From an uncultured Planctomycetaceae bacterium (GTDB taxonomy: Bacteria > Planctomycetota > UBA1135 > GCA-002686595), in NCBI GenBank assembly GCA_964552795.1, contig CAZKIO010000054.1:3609-27608 (forward strand): 24,000 nt of DNA, written 5' to 3'. Made by a program: the position numbers and the translations under genes. Positions 13,796 to 20,361 of the stretch are shown piece by piece. Every line of letters starts with the position of its first letter. Positions within the stretch are counted from its first letter, which is position 1. The notes under the pieces were generated by a model, which was given only the letters and a program-made list of their open reading frames with translations, did no database searches and was not told where the DNA came from.

Positions 13796-16700
13796 GTGCT
13801 CGCCGCCCTCGCCGTCGCGTTCGCGGTCACGGACGCCGCCGCCGAGCCCGCGGGCGGCTTCCGCGCGGAACCCGCGGCGACGATCCGCGCGTCGCTGCTC
13901 GCGCTGACATTCGCGCCGGACGGCACGGCGTTCGCGGCCGTCGAGGACGGTCCCGTCCTGTGGCTCGCGGACGGCGACGGCGACGGCACGCTGGAGTCGC
14001 AGGGCACCTGCACGGACGAGGTTCGCGGCGCGCACGGCCTCGTGTGGTGGCACGACGCGCTGTACGCCGTCGGCGCGCGCGCCGGCGTCACGGGCCTGCA
14101 GCGCATCCGCCTGGGCGGCGACGGCCGCACGGCCGCGGGCATCGAGCCGCTCGCGCGCTTCGAAACCATCAGCGCCGAGCACGGCGCGCACGGCGTCACT
14201 CCGGGCCCCGACGGCGGGTTGTACGTGTGCGTGGGGAACCTCGCGCGGCTCGCGCCGCTGCCCGAGCCGCTCCCGCCGCTGCTCGCGCGCCACGGCCGGT
14301 CGATCCTGCCCGAGCTGCCCGACCCCAGCGGCACGTCGACCGCGTCGCGCGATCCGGGCGGCGCCATCTGGCGCGTCGATCCGCGGACGGGCGAAGCCGC
14401 GTTGCACTCGACCGGCTATCGCAACCACTACCGCGCGGCGTTCGACGTGCACGGCGAGTTGTTCACCTGCGACAGCGACATGGAGCTCGACGTCGGCCTG
14501 CCCTGGTACCTGCCCGCGCGCGTCCTGCACTGCGTCCCGGGCGGCGACTACGGCGCGCGCAAGGCGGCGGGAGCCTTGCGCGTGGACGCGATCGACGTCC
14601 TGCCGCCGCTCGTGAACGTCGGACGCGCGTCCCCCACCGCCGTGGCGTCCGGGAGCGCCACGCGCTGGCCCGAGCCTTGGCGCAGCGCGCTGTTCGTCGG
14701 CGATTGGACCGGCGCGCGCGTGCTGGCCGTGCACGTCGCGGCCGAGGGAGCGACGTTCGAGGGACGCGTCGAGGTCGCGTTCGCGGGACCCGACGCGCAG
14801 GCGATCACGGATCTCGCGGCGGGGCCCGACGGGAACCTGTGGTTCACGTCGGGCGGTCGCGGCGAACGCGGCGGCGTGTGGCGCCTCGTCCCTCCCGCGG
14901 CATCGCGCCCGCCGCTGGCGCCCGAGCTGACACCGGTTCCGCGGTCCGTCTCGACCGCGCGGCGCCTGCGCGGCGCCTGCCTGCGCGACGCTCCCACGGC
15001 GGCGGAGCTCTCGGAGGCGCGCGCGCTCCTGGGCGATCCCGACCGCTGGACGCGGCACGCGGCGCGCACGGCGCTGGAGTCGGCGCCGCCGGCGGAGTTG
15101 CGCGATCTGGCACTGGCCGGGCGCGATCCGCGCAGCACCGCCGAGGCATTGCTGCTGCTGGCGCGCGCGGGAAAGAACGCCGCGACCTCTGACGAGATCG
15201 TGGACGCAGCGTTGAGCGCGCTCGCGAGGTCCCGCGAGTCGGCGGAACGCAATCCGTTGTGGCGCGTGATCCAGGTGGCGCTGCTGGAGCTGGGCGAACC
15301 CGCGGCCGGACTCCGCGCCGCGCTCGCGCAGCGTGTGCTCGCGGGGTTCGCCCACGCCGACACCGGCGAGCAGGCCTGGATCGCGGAGCTGCTCGCGCAC
15401 CTTTGCCCGCCCAGCGCCGTCGCCGCGCTGACCGAAGCGCTCGCGCGTGCGCCGTCCAGCGAACACGGACTGCACCTCGTTCGATGCCTGGGCGCGTGCG
15501 CGGGCGGCTGGACGGCGGACGACGGCGTGCGCGCGCTCGCCTGGCTGGAAAAGGCCGCCGGTCGCGACGGCGCGGGCGCGAGCTACGACGCCTGGATCGA
15601 GCGCCTGGGCGCCGACGTCTTGGCGCGCCTGGATGCCGAGGACCTCGCCGGGCGGTTGCGCGACGATCCGCGCGCGCTGGGACCGCGCGCGCTCGCGCAG
15701 TTCGTCGCCGCCGCGCCGGAAGCGCTCGGCGTAGGATTGCTCCCGCTGCTCAAGGCCCGGAGCGCGTCGCAGGGATCGCTGCCCGCCGTGCTGCGGCTCC
15801 TCTCCGACGCGCGCGCGGCACCGGTGCGCGCGTGGCTGCGCGAACTGGCGGCGGCGGACGGCGCGGAAGCATCGAGCGCGCTGGCCGCGCTGGCGCGACA
15901 CCCCCAGGTCGAGGACCTGCCGCTGCTCGCGCGCGGCCTGGAGTCGCGCGATCCCGTGCTGGCCGATGCCGCGGGCGTCGCGCTGGAGAAGCTCGGCGAC
16001 CGGCCCGCGGATCCGGCGATCGCCGTGCGCGCATTCGTGCACGCACGCTCCGCAGGACACCTGCGCGGCTGGCGCGCGCTGGCCGCCGTCGCGCGCTGGT
16101 GCGGCGCGCCCGAGCCCGGCTTCGGACCGGTGGCGTGGCCGGACGCCGTGCGGACCACCGAGTTCGCGCTGCGCCGCACGTGGCCCGACGTCGCGATCCC
16201 GCCCGAGTCCACGGAGGAACGCCCGCGCTGGCCGCTCGAGACGGTCGCGGCGATCCTCGCGCGCAGCGCGGAGCGCACCGGCTCCGCATCGCGCGGCGCG
16301 GCGGTGTTCGAGCGCGCGACCTGCAGCCGCTGCCACGTCGCGCCGGGCGCCGCGCTCGCCCAGGATCGTTCGCCGGGCCTCGTCGGGCCCGATCTCTCCG
16401 GCCTGCACCTGCGCATGGACCGCGCGCGGATCCTCGAGTCCATCTGGGATCCCTCCGCCACCATCCCGGACCCGTTTCGCGCGTGGCTGGTCGAGACGAC
16501 CGACGAGGTGCTGCACACGGGCCGCCTCGTGCGCGACGATGCGCGCGGCGTCGCGCTGCTCGACGCGGACGGACGCGTCCGCGAGATCGCGCGCGAGTCC
16601 GTCGCGGCGCTGCGTCCGTCGACGCAGTCCCCGATGCCGGCCGGGCTCCTGGCCGACGCGACGCTGGAGGACGTGCGCGATCTCCTGGCCTTCCTCGAGG

Positions 16701-17266
16701 GCGCCGCCGCGCCGGCCGGCGCCGCCGATACGGCCTGGTCGCGGCCATTGGAAGGGCTCTACCGCTCGGCGTGGGAAGGCGATCCGCGCCTGTGGAAGCT
16801 GGAAGCTGGCCTGCTGGAGGGCCGCGCACGGAACCTCGCGCGTTCGAGCTGGCTGGTCTCGAAGGACGAGTGGAGCGATTTCGAGCTCGAGTTCGACGTG
16901 CGCATCACGCGCGGCGGCAACAGCGGCGTGCAGTACCGCTCGCGCATCGATCCGGGTTCGGACGATCCGGTCGGCTACCAGGCGGACGTCGGACAGATCT
17001 TCTGGGGCTCGCTGTACGCCACCGACGGCCGCGGAATGCTGCACGAGCCCGACGCCTGGGCCTGGCGCAGGGTGGTCGACATCGAGGGCTGGAACCACTA
17101 CCACGTGCTCGTCGACGGCGACCGGCACCGCATCGAGGTCAACGGAGCCGTGCTGACCGACGTGCGCGACACGGCGCACGCCGCGGGGCGCCTCGCGTTC
17201 CAGCTCCACGGCGACCTGGAGATGGACGTGCGCTTCGCCAACGTGCGGATCCGGCCGCTGCGCTGA
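13796..17266 (+). CDS. PVC-type heme-binding CxxCH protein: dehydrogenase-like propeller domain, HEAT-like repeats, cytochrome c domain and a DUF1080-like C-terminus, 1156 aa
   Basis: The N-terminus LTFAPDG...LADGDGDGTLE...GVTPGPDGGLYVCVGN...VPGGDYG fits the Pirellula/Verrucomicrobium 'membrane-bound dehydrogenase' pattern. The cytochrome c part is GAAVFERATCSRCH...GPDLSG...ILESIWDPS...QSPMPAGLL...DLLAFL, with CSRCH at 16322-16336. The C-terminus WKLEAGLLEG...FELEFDVRITRGGNSGVQYRS...GYQADV...HYHVLVDGDRHRIEVNG...RLAFQLHGD..VRFANVRIRPL matches DUF1080 (about 16770-17263). The GTG start lies 1 nt after the b562-like stop. Confidence 0.85.
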   Translation: MLAALAVAFAVTDAAAEPAGGFRAEPAATIRASLLALTFAPDGTAFAAVEDGPVLWLADGDGDGTLESQGTCTDEVRGAHGLVWWHDALYAVGARAGVTGLQRIRLGGDGRTAAGIEPLARFETISAEHGAHGVTPGPDGGLYVCVGNLARLAPLPEPLPPLLARHGRSILPELPDPSGTSTASRDPGGAIWRVDPRTGEAALHSTGYRNHYRAAFDVHGELFTCDSDMELDVGLPWYLPARVLHCVPGGDYGARKAAGALRVDAIDVLPPLVNVGRASPTAVASGSATRWPEPWRSALFVGDWTGARVLAVHVAAEGATFEGRVEVAFAGPDAQAITDLAAGPDGNLWFTSGGRGERGGVWRLVPPAASRPPLAPELTPVPRSVSTARRLRGACLRDAPTAAELSEARALLGDPDRWTRHAARTALESAPPAELRDLALAGRDPRSTAEALLLLARAGKNAATSDEIVDAALSALARSRESAERNPLWRVIQVALLELGEPAAGLRAALAQRVLAGFAHADTGEQAWIAELLAHLCPPSAVAALTEALARAPSSEHGLHLVRCLGACAGGWTADDGVRALAWLEKAAGRDGAGASYDAWIERLGADVLARLDAEDLAGRLRDDPRALGPRALAQFVAAAPEALGVGLLPLLKARSASQGSLPAVLRLLSDARAAPVRAWLRELAAADGAEASSALAALARHPQVEDLPLLARGLESRDPVLADAAGVALEKLGDRPADPAIAVRAFVHARSAGHLRGWRALAAVARWCGAPEPGFGPVAWPDAVRTTEFALRRTWPDVAIPPESTEERPRWPLETVAAILARSAERTGSASRGAAVFERATCSRCHVAPGAALAQDRSPGLVGPDLSGLHLRMDRARILESIWDPSATIPDPFRAWLVETTDEVLHTGRLVRDDARGVALLDADGRVREIARESVAALRPSTQSPMPAGLLADATLEDVRDLLAFLEGAAAPAGAADTAWSRPLEGLYRSAWEGDPRLWKLEAGLLEGRARNLARSSWLVSKDEWSDFELEFDVRITRGGNSGVQYRSRIDPGSDDPVGYQADVGQIFWGSLYATDGRGMLHEPDAWAWRRVVDIEGWNHYHVLVDGDRHRIEVNGAVLTDVRDTAHAAGRLAFQLHGDLEMDVRFANVRIRPLR

Positions 17267-17308
17267 CCGGCGGCCAAGCGGCGCGAGACGCCGCGCGATG
17301 CCGACGGC

Positions 17309-19219
17309 ATGCTGTGGACCTCCGTCATGGACACCGATCCGGACCGACGTCCCCGGCGGGACTGGGCACGCGGCGCCGCTTGGGGCTGGCTCGTGGCGCT
17401 GATCGCGGTCGTCGTCTCCACGTGCGTGCGCGTCGACACGGCGCTCTCCGATCCGAACTTCGCGGGCGCGCCGCTGGAGGGCGTGCTGAAGAGCGATCCG
17501 GGCCTCGCGTACTACGTCGTCGAGCGCATCGTGGAGGCGGGGGGCGGGGTGCCGGACGACTTCCGTGCCGACCCGCGCATCGAACACCCCGACCTCGTCG
17601 ACATCCCGGCGCGGATGCCGGTGGGACTCCATTTCCTGGTGGCCTGGAGCCACCTCGCGTGGAACGCGAACGGCGCGCTGCTGACGACCTGCCTGTGGGT
17701 GTCCGCGGCGCTCGCGAGCTGCGTGCTCCTGGGCATCTACGGCCTCGCGCGCGAGCTCGCGGGCCGCGCGCTGCCGGCCGTGCTGGCGGTCGTGGCGGCC
17801 GCAGCCCTGTTCGCGAACCACCGCACGATCGGCAACGTGCTGGCCGACGAGGACCTGGCGTTGCCGCTCTTCGCCGCGCACCTGTGGCTCGCGGCGCGCG
17901 CGGTGCGCGTGCCGGGCGCGGCGTCGGTGGCGCTGGCGGCGCTGCCGCTCGCGGCTGCGCTCGCGAGCTGGCACGCCACCGGGTTCTTCGCGGCGCTGGA
18001 AGCGGGTGCCGTGCTCGTCTGGTTTGGCGCGCGCGGGCGCTGTCCCCTGCCGTGGGGGCGCGCGTGGCCGCTCGTGCTCGTGCTGGCGGCGGCCGGCCTG
18101 GCGGTGCCGATGCTGCGCGAGACCGGCCTCGTCTTCTCGTTCCCCATGCTCGTCGCGCTCGGACTGTGGGGAGCTTCCGGCATCGCGCGCCTGCGCGGGG
18201 GGAACGGCGAGCCGTCACGGATGCTGGGAGTCGGTTGTGTCGCCGCGCTCGTCGCGACGGCGGCGCTCGCATCGCGGATGGCGGACACGGGGCTCCAGCA
18301 CCACGCGCACGTCGTGGAACTCCTGGCCAGCAAGGTGCGGCACCTGGGCGTGCTGCCCGAGGACCCGGCCGCGGTCGGCTTCGAGACGCGCCTCATGTGG
18401 CAGGGTCCGTTCGCGACGACGGGTCCTTGGGAAGCGGCGCTGCAGTTGGGTTTCCTCCTGCTGGCCCCGGCAGCGGCGACATGGAGCCTCCTGCGCGCCG
18501 GCCGCGGCGCCGACCCGCGCGTCGAGGTCGCGGTCCTCTTCGCCTGGATCTCGCTGCCGGCGGCGTGGCTGGTGATCCGCGCCCTCGTGCTGCCGGGCAT
18601 GCTGCTGCCGGCGCTGCTCGCCTGGTGGGCGGCGGCGTCGCGACCGCGCGCGGTCGCTGCCGCGATCGGCGTGGCGCTGCAGGTCGCGGTGTTCGCCGCG
18701 CAGGTCGCGGACCACGCCTTGTCGTGGTATTGGCCGCACGAGCGGCAGATCGAGATCGCGCGCGTCGTTCAGGCCGTTCGGCGCCTCGTCCCCGACGGCG
18801 AGCCGGTCGCGGCCGACTTCATGACCTCGACGGCGATCCTGGCGCACACGCGGCATCCGATCGTGTTCCAGCCCAAGTGGGAAGCGCGTCCCAGCCGCGA
18901 GCGCGTGCGCCGGTTGTTCGAGACGCTCTACGGCGGCACGACCGACGACCTGCGGCGCCTCCTGCTCGACGAGTACCGCTGCCGCTACCTGGTCGTCGAC
19001 CGCTACACGCTGTGGACGCTGGGACGGAACCTCGGCGGCCTGCCGCGCTCGGCGCGCGAGCCCGCCGCGGGCTCGGCGGCGCGCTCGCTCTTGTCGTGGG
19101 AGGACGAGACGCTGCGGTCGATCCCCGGGTACCGGCTGCTCTACCGCAGCCCGGGCGACCTGCGGCAACCGAACGGCGCGCCGACCGACTTCTATCGCGT
19201 GTACGAGCTCGGCCGCTGA
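17309..19219 (+). CDS. Polytopic GT-C-fold membrane protein resembling the Dpy-19 family (putative glycosyltransferase), 636 aa
   Basis: It has many hydrophobic segments. The loop after TM1 (SDPGLAYYVVERIVEAGG...DPRIEHPDLVDIPARMPVGLHFLVAW) and the C-terminal soluble region (HTRHPIVFQPKWEARPSRERVRRLFETLYGGTTDDLRRLLLDEYRCRYLVVD ... FYRVYELG) resemble Dpy-19 motifs as I recall them. The start is uncertain: ATG 17309 or the in-frame ATG 17327. Confidence 0.75.
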   Translation: MLWTSVMDTDPDRRPRRDWARGAAWGWLVALIAVVVSTCVRVDTALSDPNFAGAPLEGVLKSDPGLAYYVVERIVEAGGGVPDDFRADPRIEHPDLVDIPARMPVGLHFLVAWSHLAWNANGALLTTCLWVSAALASCVLLGIYGLARELAGRALPAVLAVVAAAALFANHRTIGNVLADEDLALPLFAAHLWLAARAVRVPGAASVALAALPLAAALASWHATGFFAALEAGAVLVWFGARGRCPLPWGRAWPLVLVLAAAGLAVPMLRETGLVFSFPMLVALGLWGASGIARLRGGNGEPSRMLGVGCVAALVATAALASRMADTGLQHHAHVVELLASKVRHLGVLPEDPAAVGFETRLMWQGPFATTGPWEAALQLGFLLLAPAAATWSLLRAGRGADPRVEVAVLFAWISLPAAWLVIRALVLPGMLLPALLAWWAAASRPRAVAAAIGVALQVAVFAAQVADHALSWYWPHERQIEIARVVQAVRRLVPDGEPVAADFMTSTAILAHTRHPIVFQPKWEARPSRERVRRLFETLYGGTTDDLRRLLLDEYRCRYLVVDRYTLWTLGRNLGGLPRSAREPAAGSAARSLLSWEDETLRSIPGYRLLYRSPGDLRQPNGAPTDFYRVYELGR

Positions 19220-19238
19220 GCGGCGCGCGCTACAGCGG
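19213..19238. terminator. Hairpin spanning both stop codons of a convergent gene pair
   Basis: ccgctg-(agcggcgcgcgcta)-cagcgg. The outer stem is 6 bp and the GC-rich interior is partly self-complementary. It covers TGA 19217-19219 (+) and TAG 19232-19230 (-), which are separated by only 10 nt. Confidence 0.3.
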
Positions 19239-20330
19239 GAAGGCGCCGTCGCCGGGCTGCGCATGCCCCAGGCGCTCGGCGATCGCCGCGAACCGGTTGT
19301 ACTGCTTGCGCAGGTGCAGCGGCACGTCGGCGTAGACGTCCTCGACCAGCGTGCGCAACGGCATGCGCGGCGCGGCTTCCTGGCGGTGGATCTCGGCGTC
19401 GATCTCGGCCAGGAGCTCGGTCTCGATGCGCGCGCGGTCGCCTTTCGCGATGAGCTTCCTGCCCAGCAGGAGCTTCTCGAAGCGGTCGAGCGGGTCGCGC
19501 GCCGCCCAGGCCGCGACCTCCTTGTCGTCGCGGTACTTCGAGGGATCGTCCGAGCTGGAGTGCCCGAGCATGCGGTAGGTCTTCAGCACGAGCAGCGAAG
19601 GCTCGCCGCGCCGGGCCGCCGCGTGAGCGTCGCGCGACGCCTGCAGCACCGCGAGCACGTCGTTGCCGTCGACCTCGCGGCCGGGGATCCCGTACGCCGC
19701 GGCCTTGTCCGCGAAGCTCTTCGCGGCCGTCTGCTTCGACGACGCGACCGAGATCGCCCAGCCATTGTCGACGCACACGAAGTAGCAGGGCGCCTTCCAC
19801 ACGGCGGCGAAGTTGAGGCCGCTGTGGAAGCCGTTCGAGCTGGTCGCGCCGTCGCCGAAGTAGACGGCGTGCACCTCGTCCTTCCCCAGCACCTTGGCTG
19901 CGTAGGCCGCGCCGACGCCGTGGACGATCTGCGTGCCGATGACCGACGACCAGCTCGGGTAGTTCGACGACTTGTGCTGGAAGTGGTTGCACATCTGGCG
20001 GCCCTTGGCCGTGTCGTTCGCGTTGCAGTACATCTGCGCGATGTACTCCGCGAGCGGCAGGCCGCGCATCACGGCCGCGCCGCCCTCGCGCAGGCCGGAC
20101 CACAGCCAGTCCCGGTCGCGCAGCGCGTAGGCCGAGCCGATCAGCGCCGCCTCCAGGCCCTTGGCCGTGCCAACGAATCCCACGCGGCCCGCACGCTGCA
20201 GCTTGAGCATGCGCTCGTCGATGCAGCGCACGCGCAGCATGTGCCGCAGGAGGTCGCGCATCTGGTCGGCCGACGGCTCGGCCACCTGGTGGGCCTGCTG
20301 GCCGCCGGTCTTGGCTGTCCTCGGGCTCAC
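19230..20330 (-). CDS. Second 2-oxoacid dehydrogenase E1 alpha-subunit paralog (TPP-dependent), 366 aa
   Basis: TPP motif FGDGATSSNGFHSGLNFAAVWKAPCYFVCVDNGWAIS, and YRMLGHSSSDDPSKYR (E1alpha phospho-loop region). The GTG start at 20330 is preceded by GGAGAT and lies 31 nt after the E2 stop. The protein ends in GDGAFPL, as does the other E1alpha. Confidence 0.88.
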   Translation of the reverse strand: MSPRTAKTGGQQAHQVAEPSADQMRDLLRHMLRVRCIDERMLKLQRAGRVGFVGTAKGLEAALIGSAYALRDRDWLWSGLREGGAAVMRGLPLAEYIAQMYCNANDTAKGRQMCNHFQHKSSNYPSWSSVIGTQIVHGVGAAYAAKVLGKDEVHAVYFGDGATSSNGFHSGLNFAAVWKAPCYFVCVDNGWAISVASSKQTAAKSFADKAAAYGIPGREVDGNDVLAVLQASRDAHAAARRGEPSLLVLKTYRMLGHSSSDDPSKYRDDKEVAAWAARDPLDRFEKLLLGRKLIAKGDRARIETELLAEIDAEIHRQEAAPRMPLRTLVEDVYADVPLHLRKQYNRFAAIAERLGHAQPGDGAFPL

Positions 20331-20361
20331 TGCAGATCTCCGCGCGCCGGTGCGGCCGTGA

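Noticed and set aside
13792-13798. Stop-codon read-through fusing the b562-like protein to the PVC-type protein
   Set aside because: Reading through the TGA in the b562 frame gives an Arg-rich nonsense sequence (GARRPRRRVRG...). The PVC protein is in the +1 frame, so simple read-through cannot fuse them. A frameshift or sequencing indel remains possible and is listed as a finding.
11040-14367. Long ORFs 11040..12413 (-), 11126..12745 (+) and 12163..14367 (-)
   Set aside because: These are shadow frames over the propeller, zinc-ribbon and b562-like genes. They are low-complexity R/A/G/P translations without motifs.
11058-19219. The plus-strand block as a mobile genomic island
   Set aside because: I saw no integrase, transposase or recombinase, no tRNA, no flanking direct repeats, and no obvious drop in GC by eye. 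Only the operon-interruption argument remains, and I kept that as a low-confidence inference.
13760-19335. A 1404-aa - ORF (13760..17974), a 1358-aa + ORF (15259..19335), and the 13960..15192, 15583..16829 and 17325..18600 ORFs
   Set aside because: Despite their size they are Arg-dominated nonsense frames. The 13796..17266 and 17309..19219 frames carry coherent domain motifs and TM helices.
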